In this document: positions 1 through 10,900 of the stretch, piece by piece
Position numbering within the stretch: position 1 is the first letter of the stretch
Layout of the letters: the number at the start of each line of letters is the position of its first letter
Source of the DNA: Octopus sinensis
Lineage: Eukaryota
Assembly (NCBI RefSeq): GCF_006345805.1
Contig: NW_021836007.1
Location: 1 to 25,722, forward strand
Length of the DNA stretch: 25,722 nt
Direction of reading: 5' to 3'
Made by a program: the position numbers and the translations under genes
The notes under the pieces: generated by a model
Seen by the model: only the letters and a program-made list of their open reading frames with translations
Told to the model about the DNA's origin: nothing
Databases searched by the model: none

Positions 1-189
1 TGCTTTTGTACGTCTAGTCGCATTAACACATCAGTACAAATCTTATTCTAACATTAAAGTTACATGCAATCAAATACCTTTTTCATTTGCCAAAAATCAG
101 TCGTCGCCTCAACCTTAAATATTTTAAATTACTGATTTTGTAGTTTTTTTAAAGACCAGAAAATGTGCATGTTCACAAATGGGTCCAAC

Positions 190-980
190 CAGTGTTCCCT
201 CTAAGCAAGTGGTAGCTATGCGCGCTGGGCACATTGCATTGTGCAGCGTTATAAGTGACGTGTGCAAAAAAATTTTTGGGGGGGGAAAATTTTACAATTA
301 AAAAACCAATGGTTAAAAAAATAGGTCTAGTCAATTGAATATTCTCTTCTGTTTTTATTTTGTATCCAAAATTTGTATACTCGATCAAGATCCACTGTAT
401 TCCCACTTGTTAAATAGAACTTGATTCGCATGATCATCTCCAAATGGTCAATCTCAAGTCTATTACGTAGTTTAGTTTTGATACAGTTCATCAAACTAAA
501 TCCACGTTCAGCATCAGCACTCGACGCTTGAAATGTGCCACAAATATCCACAAATGTTGCAGTGGCTGAAAATTTTTTCTCCGCTAGTATATAGTAAATT
601 ACATCTTCAATGTTTTCAAAGCACCAGAGTGCAGTTTTTCTTTTAAAATAAACTTGAGATCTGTATATTCCGACTGCAGTTTTATGAGTGGGACTTCTGA
701 AGAGAGTAAATTTTCATATTTTTTCGCTAATTTAATTATCTCCTCTTTTCCAAATTCAAAGTTTGTCTGATTTTGAATTGCTTGAGTGTCAAATGCTACC
801 CATTCTCTTAATTCGTCAGCTGGAAATCTTTCTTGTAAATGCAGATAAACATGCTCGATAAAGCATAGGATTTCATCTGTATTATATTATACTTTCTACT
901 GCGCAGAAAAAAATTTCGCTGCGCAGCAAGGTGCAAACTGCTGCGCGGCCGCGCACGCGCGCAGCTTAGAGGGAACACTG
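190..980 (-). mobile_element. Internally deleted hAT DNA transposon (791 bp)
   Basis: Perfect 17-bp TIRs CAGTGTTCCCTCTAAGC (190-206) / GCTTAGAGGGAACACTG (964-980). Near 8-bp TSD GGTCCAAC (182-189) / GTCCCAAC (981-988), 6/8 match. GC-rich subterminal GCGCAG-type motifs. Carries the C-terminal part of a hAT transposase. Confidence 0.88.
327..880 (-). pseudogene. hAT transposase C-terminal remnant with dimerisation domain (KIAA1586/ZNF862-like)
   Basis: Translates as ...HLQERFPADELREW... then, after a -1 frameshift near 610, ...CGTFQASSADAERGFSLMNCIKTKLRNRLEIDHLEMIMRIK, the typical hAT dimerisation motif (ERxFS..K...RNRL). The N-terminal portion is missing. Confidence 0.8.
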
Positions 981-1685
981 GTCCCAACCCACAATTTATT
1001 ATTCTCATATAAAAATTACGACAGTGACTAATAAACTAAATATCTTATTAGCCGATAACAGTGTGGAAATAAAAGTATCTCAAATGCAACCTCTGTGACC
1101 ACTCTATCCCAAATAAAATGACCTGCACAAGTGAATGTAACTGAAAAAATATTTTGACGGTACTCAATAACTACCCTAATTATTCTGATATTTCTTGTTT
1201 CCACTTTTCTTTATTGTTACATTCACTAGTCAGAATTAAATGCAAACTTGCACAATTTTTTATTGATTTAATTAAAAGAAAAACCAAATGTTAACAAAAA
1301 CCAGTCCCAAAATTAGTTACAGATATGTATTTTGATGTCTGGGTCAAATGAAGAATAGTAAATCTCTTTATAAGGATTATTCACCAGTTTAAAATCACTC
1401 ATAATAAAAATAGACTTGATTAATGACATTCTGATTGTTTGTAACAACCTTCACAGTAACCTCACACGACTTGAAAATTGCTTCTTCAAAATGGATACGC
1501 TAAATTTTGAGGATTGCGATCAAACCGAATAACTTTCTTCTTTTTATGGAATAATTCCAGAATCAGAAAGTTTTCTAGAGTGTATTATCAATAATTTAAA
1601 TTGTCTGCCGAAAATTAATAAAATTCAAATTTATTAAAAAAATTTTGAAAAATAAAAATTATGCTACTAAAAAAACTAAAATTTG

Positions 1686-1771
1686 TGGCCAATTTGAGAA
1701 TTTATTATATTGCAGAGTTTTTCAATTTTCCAGAAATAAATTGTTAAAAATGGCCAATTTGAGAGGGTTAA
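1686..1771. mobile_element. Possible piggyBac-like terminus
   Basis: ...GGCCAATTTGAGAGGG|TTAA: a CCC-starting TIR abutting TTAA (1768-1771), with a 14-bp subterminal direct repeat TGGCCAATTTGAGA at 1686-1699 and 1751-1764. No partner end or transposase found in the window. Confidence 0.4.
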
Positions 1772-1792
1772 GTGTACTATTACTTTTTTTTA

Positions 1793-1950
1793 TTAATGCG
1801 TCCACTTTCAGTTGATTTTCCTCTTCCTTGAACCACAACCAATCTCTTTAAAGGTCCCATTCATTTATCTCACAGGGTTTGGTTTTTCTGTGGTCATTCT
1901 CAAGTTCGACTCGATGGCCTCACATGGAAATGCTTTCTCCGTTGATTCAT
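1793..1950 (-). repeat. Unclassified ~155-bp repeat, copy 1 (copy 2 at 2380-2533)
   Basis: Aligns by eye with 2380-2533; shared core ATCTCACAGGGTT..TCTGTGGTC(A/G)TTCTCAAGTTCGACTC(G/A)ATG(G/A)CCTCAC. Confidence 0.8.
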
Positions 1951-2379
1951 TTGTAAACCGAAACTTTTTCCATTCTTTTAAATTAATGCTCTACACGCAT
2001 AGTCTACAATGTTTTTCGGATAACCACAAATGAATACAAGCTTGTGTGGGTCCTTCGAGATTGATTGAATAGCAGTGATGTTCATAGAATTTTCACACAA
2101 CACCGTTTCATATTTGTACCGATCATGTTTTGAATGAGCGAATTATTCCCATGTCAAGCGGTTGAAACAGCGGAGTAGTATTTTTAGGCAAATATAAAAA
2201 ATTTATATTGGAATAATCATCTGCTTTATAGCATCCTGCATTATCCAAAATTAATAAAATATGTCTGTTATTCTCTTTCATTTGTTCATTTATCACATAT
2301 AACCATGCATTAAAAATATAACTTGTCATCCAAGCATTTTTTGAAGACGTAAAGACTAATTATTTATCAATTGAACTAA

Positions 2380-2533
2380 TTAATGCGTCCTCTTACTCGA
2401 TTCTCCTCTCTTTGAGCTAAAGCCAATCTCTTCGATGGGCACACTCATCAATCTCACAGGGTTGGCCTCTTCTGTGGTCGTTCTCAAGTTCGACTCAATG
2501 ACCTCACTTGGCAAAGCCTCTTCCGTGTTCCAT
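2380..2533 (-). repeat. Unclassified ~155-bp repeat, copy 2, inserted in the pogo transposase
   Basis: Diverged copy of 1793-1950. It interrupts the pogo reading frame between ...CLKNFNIEQHN and LVFTSSKNAWMTS... Confidence 0.75.
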
Positions 2534-2984
2534 TATGCTGTTCAATATTAAAATTTTTCAAACAACAAGGAGACTTGTATTTTCCGATTACCAAAGGTTT
2601 CATTTTCTCACCAATTGAATTTGTACATAAAAGAACGGTAACTCTTTCTTTATTTTTTTGACACCACTACAGTGTCCGTTAACTCTACGAATGATCTACA
2701 GTCGGATTTTTGACAAATAATCCAGTCTCATCGCAGTTGAAGATATCCTTGCTGGAATATGCTTCCATGTGATTATCATAAGTTTTAAAAAGCTTTTCAG
2801 CATGGGTGTGTCGCATGACTTTTTTTCACCAGAAATGTTTTAAAAAAAGTTGATGCCGTTTCTTAAAACGATCAAGCCATCCATTGGAAGCTTTAAATTC
2901 TGGTAAATTTAAAATTTGAGCTGCTTTCTTGGCAGTAAATTGTAATAATGGTCCCGAAACTACACAAATTATCATTTCTTAATC

Positions 2985-4317
2985 CAGAGGTTTCCAAATG
3001 GGGAGGCGCGCCTCCCTAGGGAGGCGTTGACTCGTGTCAAGGGAGGCGCGAAAGTATTTCAGAACATTTTTTAGAAAAATATATCTATGTAAAAAACGTG
3101 ACTATATCCGATAATAAGAGTTATTAATTTAAAAATTATATTTTTTCAAAAATTTATTTAATTTATTAGACAATTAATAATTTTAACACATGAATAAATT
3201 CTTGAGTGGTTGCAAAAGAAAATTCACGATATAATAAAGATTTTGACGATGGTTCAAAAAATCAAAATGATTGGAATATAATCAATACCACTCCAAGACA
3301 AGAAAATACTTTCCATCTTACTTATTGTTAGGATTCACACGTATCTTTGTTGATTCTATGGAAAAACCCCTCTGTTTGCTTTGCCTCAAAACACTTGCAG
3401 CAGATAGTATGAGGCCATGCAAATTAAGAAGACATTTTGAAACGATGCATTCTGAACATGTCCATAAGTCTGAAGAATTTTTTAAAAGAAAATTAGAAGA
3501 GTTTGATAACCAAACGAAATCGTTAAAAAAACTTGTTTCTGTCTCTTCAAATGCTTTACTAGCATCGTACAAAGTTTCTTACAGGATTGCAAAATGCAAG
3601 AAACCGCACAATATCGGAGAAACTCTAGTTTTGCCAGCAGCTATCGATATGGTTGAAGCAATGTTTGGCGAATCCTATGCAAAACAATTACAGCAAATAC
3701 CGCTTGCTGATAACACAGTCGCTAGAGAATTGATGACATATCTGAAGATCTTTGTGATCAGTTGGTTTCTCGACTACGTAACTGTAAATTTGCTATACAA
3801 GTTGATGAGGAGCTGACATAAATAAAAATGCACATTTAATTGCATATGTCAGATATGCTGAAGAAAGTACAATAATAGAAGATCTATTATTCTGCAAACA
3901 TTTCCGGAAGGAGCACGGCCAATGAAATTTTTAATATAATTGATACTTTTTTTGAAGAAAATAACATAGAATGGATCAATTGTGTTGGACTTTGTACAGA
4001 CGGAGCACAGTCAATGTCAGGAAATAAATCTGGTCTTCAAGCTCTTGTAAAAAACAGAGCACCAGAAATTATCTGGACGCACTGCATGCTGCACAGATCA
4101 GCACTTGTCTCAAAGAATATGAGTCCAGAACTGAACGATATTTTTGCGCAAATTACAAAAGTTATAAACTACATAAAAATTATCTCATTAACTTTTTGTT
4201 TTAAAAAATTGTTTTTGATAAAATAATAATTGTATTATATTATGGAATATAAAGGGAGGCGCAAGATTGTACTTTTTCTCTAAGGGAGGCGCGTAAAAAA
4301 AAGCTTGGAAACCTCTG
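2985..4317 (+). mobile_element. hAT (Buster/Charlie-type, ZBED5/SCAND3-like) transposon, internally deleted (1333 bp)
   Basis: 13-bp TIR CAGAGGTTTCCAA at both ends, perfect 8-bp TSD TCTTAATC (2977-2984, 4318-4325) and subterminal GGGAGGCGC repeats. Confidence 0.93.
3190..4200 (+). pseudogene. Buster-type hAT transposase pseudogene (BED-like zinc finger and N-half of the catalytic domain)
   Basis: KPLCLLCLKTLAADSMRPCKLRRHFETMH, KKPHNIGETLVLPAA, CTDGAQSMSG, WTHCMLHRSAL. Several frameshifts and stops; the C-terminal half is deleted. Confidence 0.88.
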
Positions 4318-4780
4318 TCTTAATCTATAGAAATTTATGCATACTTAATTATTACTTTTGAAATGAAGTAAAAACCACCTTGTCGAGAAATGAATGTTTA
4401 TCACTATTATCGGGAGCCCTTAGAACCTTCACATCCATCAAGATTACATATTCTCGTTTGATTCTAGAAATAGTCCCTTTGCTTGTCTTGAATTTGTTTA
4501 AAACTTGTCTTTCAGACATATTTTTCGTTTTTAAAGCCTTTGCAATCTCTAATTTGTCTTTGACAGAAATTCTCTTCGGCATAACAACAGAAACACGTTA
4601 TTATTAGTTATTGTAAAATAAAATTCAAAAATTATAACTAAAAAATATATAATATATTAAATGCCCATAACGGGGTTTATCTTATAAAGAATAAACAGAA
4701 AAACTCCTATAGAAATTCAATTGCCCCAAAACCCGAGGGTGCCCCACGTCCGGGGTCGCCCCAATAAGGGGTTGCCTGTA

Positions 4781-4926
4781 TATCGTACGAGCAAAATTTA
4801 CGACTAAATATGTAAACTTTTAATAATTTTACAAAAATCATATAATAAAAATAATAAAATTGAAAGAGCCTACTTAAGACTTAAAGAGCGAACAAAAGCT
4901 TGCGAGCCCACTTTTGCCGACCCCTG
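4781..4926. mobile_element. Truncated hAT (Charlie-like) terminus
   Basis: Ends in TTGCCGACCCCTG (4914-4926), a hAT TIR of the CAGGGGTCGGCAA type, followed by ATCTAGGG resembling the nTCTAGAn target preference. Subterminal GAGCC/GAGCG motifs. Cut on the left by the pogo terminus. Confidence 0.6.
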
Positions 4927-4994
4927 ATCTAGGGGATTTAATATTTTGTTTTGGTTGGATTAACGAGACAAGCGAATGTTAATAAAAGTTAATA

Positions 4995-7900
4995 TTAGTC
5001 GGCCAATTGGCAAAATAGAGCTGCCCCTCGCTGTATCCAGTGACTGTCCTTTTGGTCAGTGGGAAGGTTGACTGCCACAATAAAGTTAGTAGAATGACCT
5101 ATTGTTCTAGAATAAATATAAACCAGTAGTTGAGAGGACTCCTGATCTCTGCGTGGTTTTATAGAGAGGGGCTATGTAATCGTGGCTTGGAGGAGTGAAG
5201 TTCTGTGTGGGTAAGACGTGGATGACAGGCATAATGGAGGACATTTCCCTGTAGTTCATCTCGTCCATTTGACCCTGGTCACTCCATCGAAGCCTTGGGT
5301 GTAAAGTCCGTGAATGAGAGCGCCGTCTTCAATGTCTTGAATCTATGGAGTAGTGACTAAGACTAACTTGAGTATCGACTGACAATGGTTGGCCAATTTG
5401 CGAGTCCTGATCTCTTCTGCGAGGTTTGATTGGTGGATGTATTGGGGAAGAGGTTGAAACTAAAGGAAGAGTGTCAATGGGGAGTTGATATTTGCGGGAA
5501 TAGTTCTGTAACACGGCAGTGAGGAAGCCTGATAGAGTGAGTTGTGTCAACCTTGGGGGAAGAACAAGGCAGGTATCCAAAAAGATTTAGGAGTGCCATT
5601 TTTAATCCAAAAATTGAAGAATTCACATCGCATTGTAAGATCGAGAATCCAGGAGGAGAGAGAGTGAAGGGAAGGGTAAGCGACCCTCTCCCATATTGAG
5701 GGGACCTGTTTCATGAAGAATTGATAATTGCCTGGTTTTTCAATAGAGAATTGTAGCACATTTCCAAGTCTTCAGTGAGGACTTGGAATCCTTGGATTGC
5801 TCTCTGCAAGTGATTGAGGGACTTCTGCAAATGATGAGATGATCAGACCTGAATAGTTTCCAGCAGATAGGCCATTTTTTCTATTTCTTGTGATAAGAAA
5901 ATGGCGAGGGAATTGCTCTTGGTCTATTGGATGAGTGGATTGGTCAACCAATGTGTATTCTGCTAGTTTTAGGGGCAATTGTTGTTGAATTGAGTTGATT
6001 AATTCCTCTACGATCTCGTCACTAGTTTGCCCAGTTCCTTTGACCGCAATGTGTGGTTTAATGTTCCTGATGGTCTCTAGCAAGTCGGAGGATTGTGACA
6101 ACTATCGACTGAGAGTGGAAACATACTTGGAATGATATATCTGCATTTTCGTGCATCCCGAATATATTAGGTGAATCTTGCAAAGGGAGACCGTCTAGAA
6201 AATGTTTGTTCTCTTTAAAAATAGGGTCATATTGTCCATTAATGTTCGTATCTTCGAGAATTTGCTGGTTGATAAATCGTTCGAGAATAACTCCCAGACA
6301 GCGCAGATCCCATTGATCAGTGACTCTCCCCCCATAAGTAATCTAGTGATGAATACACGTGACTACCTCTCTGTTTATGTAATTGAGGGAGTGCCAGGGA
6401 ATAGTCCCGCCACTGCATAAGAACGTAGCGTTAAGAAGAGAACATTCGCGGTCAGAATCGGTGAACTCGTACTATTTGTAAAGTAACAATAATCTTACCA
6501 TTATATTCCATCCCAGTGGCCCGTATTTTTTCCGCTCTAATACGACCGCGTGAAACAGACTCAGACTATAGACCAGTTTTCTCCACGTAAGCTCTCCAAT
6601 ACCTCCTTCTTTCTCCTCGAAATATTCCTCGCCTAATTCCCGGAATGACCTCTCCACGTTTGCTCGAATTCCCTTTGGGGCCTCATTTGTCACTTTGACA
6701 CAATTCTGGAGGACTGTCACGGGAAAAAATGGGGCTGGCATGGAGGAAAGGAATAGTCGGAACGAGTCATTTACACCTTCGGGGTTTTCTTGAATATTCA
6801 GGACAATCTGCTCCAGGCGGGCCATCCACGATTTTGCCAAATGACAATTTTGCAGAAAAACCCAACTCCCATCCTTCAAGGCTGTTTCGATATACTTTTC
6901 TGCCACAGGTCCCTGTCCTTGTCCCAAAGACAAAAAGAGACACCTACCATTTTAATGAGGAGGTGGAGACCTGTCCTGCATTTCATATTCAACGCTCAGC
7001 TTTTGAATGGCCCCGAATGGGTCTGAGCCAGTGCTGAGTACCAAGAGTAGAGGAGTCGTTTTGGAAGTGTGTTGATAAACCGAGGACATGTCGAGTGGTC
7101 TGCTTTGGATGTACTCGTGTCCCAAGTTGTCTCTGATTAAGTTGGAAATCGCGTGAGTCAGCTAAATCAATCGGCTGGAAATAGAGTACTTGATCACGTC
7201 GGCAGACTTTTACGAGCAGGATTTTTTGGAAAGGTGTAACGGACTCCACATGGAATTCATCAAGTTGATTGTCTGTCAGGAATATCTGCCATCGAGAATA
7301 AAATAGACCTTTGAGTCCCCACTGGTCACATATGCACGTGTTTGGGCAAAGCAATTGGCAAGATCCTCGGAAATGATCGACTCAATGTCTCCTCGAATGA
7401 ACAAATCGAGTTCGTGGGATGTGAGGTCATTGCGGGCAAGCATTATTTCGACGCATAACAGAAAAGAAAAAACAAGTTTATGTTTCTCAAACAGTCCCCT
7501 GACTTTAAAAAATAAGAAATACCGAGAAACGTGCAAATAGGCGTCGATGGATATTGCTTGGACAAGACAGTCCAGTCTGGTGTCCCCCGACTCGACACAG
7601 TCCAGAATGGATTGGGAGAAAATCTATTGGTGGTTAATGAAAGCATTTGAAGCCTGTTTGAAGTATTGGAGGGAGAACTGGTACATTGGGTCTACTTTGG
7701 CCATGTCCGCGATGACAAAATACAGAATTGCGCCTCGCTCAGCAACACTTATGTAAACGTCCCGTGCCCGAGTAATCTCTTTTTCGGTTATTTCTGTCTG
7801 GGTGAGACGAGAAGAGATTTGGCTGAATTTGGCCTGAGTAAGAAAATTGAACAACTTTGGATTCGTTGAGAGCAGTGATGAGTTGAGTATTATCGAGGAC

Positions 7901-10900
7901 ATTTCCTTCTGAGTCGTACAAAAGGACGAGGACTCGGTCGATGATTGCCTTAAGTTGATTTCTGTCATTGTTTATTTGAAGGATCAATTCATTCCGGTCT
8001 TGTTCTAGTTTTGGCTTCTCGAGTTGGACGACATGACTATCATTTATCATTGATCTCTTGCCTCAGCAGTTGATCTTGGAGTCCCCCCAGTGTGACTGTA
8101 AAATTGATTACTGTCACTCGTGTGAATAAGTTGGGCTGGTAAACGGGATTGTTCAATTTTGTGGTCATGTAAAGTCGGAAATGAGGGTCGTACTCCACAT
8201 CTCGGTCCCCTAGTGTGATCACCCCGTCCTATCAATTAAAGTCATCGCTCACTCTCTTCTCGAGGACTGAGTAAAGAAGAGGGTCCACTGACTCTCCCAC
8301 ATCCTCGATCAACAAAGGCACCCCAATTCGAATTGCGTTCTCTAATGTCCTCGCAAAATGCTTGTCCGTCATTTTAATAACTTTAAGGTCATTGGCAGCC
8401 TCCATGCTTCTTATCCACGTGTTGGCCTGTTCTTAAAACAAAGAAGGAGACCTGTCCTTGTGGGTCAATCATTAGTGGCCATCGTTTCCCTTTGGTGGCG
8501 AGGAGTGCGTTCTGAATGGAGACTTGATTGTTGGGAAGTTTGTTGGACGTCCAGTGGCGCACTTGATAGGGTGAGGCAAATATTTGTATTATGTCATAGT
8601 CCTCTGATATCGGTATTCCCTCTCTACGCGCATACTTGACCCATTTCAATATTAGTCTTTCTCGGTAACCAACACTGAATGCACCCACATACGTCACCCA
8701 AGCAGAACACACCATTACATTCCCAACGAGGTCCTCAATCTTTTTTTCCAGTGTCTAAAATTTGACGTTCTCTACCAAACTTTTATTTCGGCCTCCCAGA
8801 TTTCTTTCTCGTCGCCCAGAGCCTCCATTAGCTTGGAAGCGCGTCTCAGTCGACCGGTCGTGGTTGAAATCTGTTTTTCCAAATTTCTCTTTTCAAGGAC
8901 ACTGGCCTCATAGGCATTTTGTAATTCGCTGATTTGTTGTTGGACGTTGCTGAGTTGGGTCTGCTTGGTGTGGAGAACCGTCATGACTTGCTTCAAGTCT
9001 TTTTCGGCCACAGCAAGTCTTGTGTGTTTCAACTAATGTACCTTTCCTTTTTGGGCCGGACAGTTTTGTTTACTTGGGCAAACAAATAAATAGCCCTAAC
9101 CCACATGCATAAAGATTTACAGGCCTAAACCATAAAAAGTGACTTTACTTTTGACACTTTTTCAATCACTTGAGGAGTAAAGTTCTCATTCTCGATGTAT
9201 TTCTTGAGTTTCCGAAGCACTGAATCGTTTATGTTCTCTTTATCGTAGTCGTATAGTTTTCTGATCAAGTTAGTGTCCGACAGCAGTTGCTTTGCGGACG
9301 CCCAGTCGGTTCTAAATCAAAGATTCGAAAAGACTTTAAGTGAAAGAGGACACACACAGCTTCCATGACAGTCTGCACTAATTCGGGTGGGGTTTTGAAT
9401 ACTCTGATTTCTGCAATGTCACTTTTATCGAGTGCGTCGAGGGACTATTTCTCATCATAACAAATTACTTTAATGGCAGCCTCCAGTTCAGGCAGAGCCT
9501 CCTTCAGGTCACGTTGAGCATCCTCCGCTATGGCCTTGGTTTCTTCCGCCTTTACCTTCACCACAGCCTCGTCCTCTAGCACCAGTTTCCGTGTCTAAGC
9601 GTTACTTTCAGATCCTCACAATATCTGCTTTGTCCTGGTCTTCCGACAATTTTTCCATTAACTTTTCAGTTTCCTTTGACTTTTCTTTAAGCACAGGCTC
9701 CAGTTGATGGAGTTGTTTTTCCATTGAAATGACGATTTGGTTAGTTTCTATCAGTTTGGCCAACCCGTTTTTAATCTTTTGATGTTCTCGAGAGAGGTCC
9801 CTTGAAATAATGAAATGCAATTACTCTTTGGTCGTGCTAAGCATAGATGTAAACAAGTTGAGTAATTCGATATAACTGACTGGATTGAGGCAATAATGTC
9901 TTCCCATTTCTTCCTCAAATTTGACTGACATTTTGTGGACACTGCGATGCACTCGAATGCAGCAATCGCACAATTTTCCCTAGACTGTGCTTATTAACAC
10001 AACCATCAAATTTTCGTCTTTCAATTCTATTTTACTGATAAATGAGTGAGCCACTGAGTGCAGTCCCTCATCTTTCCATTCTTCAAACCAGTCAATAATG
10101 CAGCAGTTCACTAAAGATGGAAACATCCTGTAAACAGTCCGAAATTCAGACGCACTCAGTGTAATGACAACGTGCAAATTCCGCCTGAGTAGTGACTATC
10201 ACATTACTACCGCACACGATCGATGAACGACTCATAGACCGCCTCACGACTGTCAGTCAATCCCTCAGATTGACAGCTCATTATAATTTGTTCCACATCC
10301 TCGTCCTCAAATAAGTCGGGCACATGGCCGGAATTCAGAATGTCGTTTATTTCTTGAAGAAAGTCTTTAATTTGATTATCTGCGAGCAGAAAGACGACAT
10401 TCCGGTCATCAATTCCCGCTATTTTGTAAAGTTTTTTGACGTCTTCTCTGAAGGCTGTGGAGTCGTATTTGGGAGTGACTTTGATCTCAAAGCACTCATA
10501 TTCGTAAATTTGTGCGGCCAGTCTGAAATGACTGATCAGTTTGACCTGGTGAAACATTTCTTGCCCGTTCCCCCAACTCCCACGAGGAGTCCATTCCCCC
10601 GTTCTTGGCGAATTATGCGGGCGATTCGTGAAACATGCTGAATAGCGTCTTCAAACAAGATCAAGTCACTTTGATACTGACAGTAGAGAGAACTCTCGTT
10701 AACCTCAGTGAGCATTCTTCTCAGCTTGTTTTTGTCCATTTCCTCGTACTTTCCCCTGTTCATCAAATCACCGTAAATTGGAGGGTTGGTCATGAAAGAC
10801 TACAAATGAATGAGCCAAACACTTCGTAAGTGGAAGAGGTCTGTCGCAAAATAGTTTGAAACAAATTTTGGTCAGTTTGATCGATGAGGCGGTCTTGAAA

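Larger units (their letters stand above)
2050..4778 (-). mobile_element. Degenerate pogo/Tigger-like (CENP-B HTH + DDE_1) transposon, interrupted by two insertions
   Basis: 5' terminus CAGGCAACCCC next to TA at 4779-4780. Minus-strand transposase pieces in colinear order: MPKRISVKDKLEIAKAL (4582), FKASNGWLDRFKKRH (~2870), DIFNCDETGLF (~2730), KERVTVLLCTNSIGEKMKPLVIGK (~2610), KNAWMTSYIF..LILDNAG..TTPLFQPLDMGII (2123-2345). Left boundary approximate; second TIR not found. Confidence 0.85.

Noticed and set aside
808-1008. ORF-track ORFs 173-406, 808-1008, 1812-2033, 3318-3572, 4380-4607, 20855-21091, 21264-21485, 21980-22168, 22890-23156, 23201-23602
   Set aside because: Off-frame or antisense readings of transposon or ML-gene sequence.
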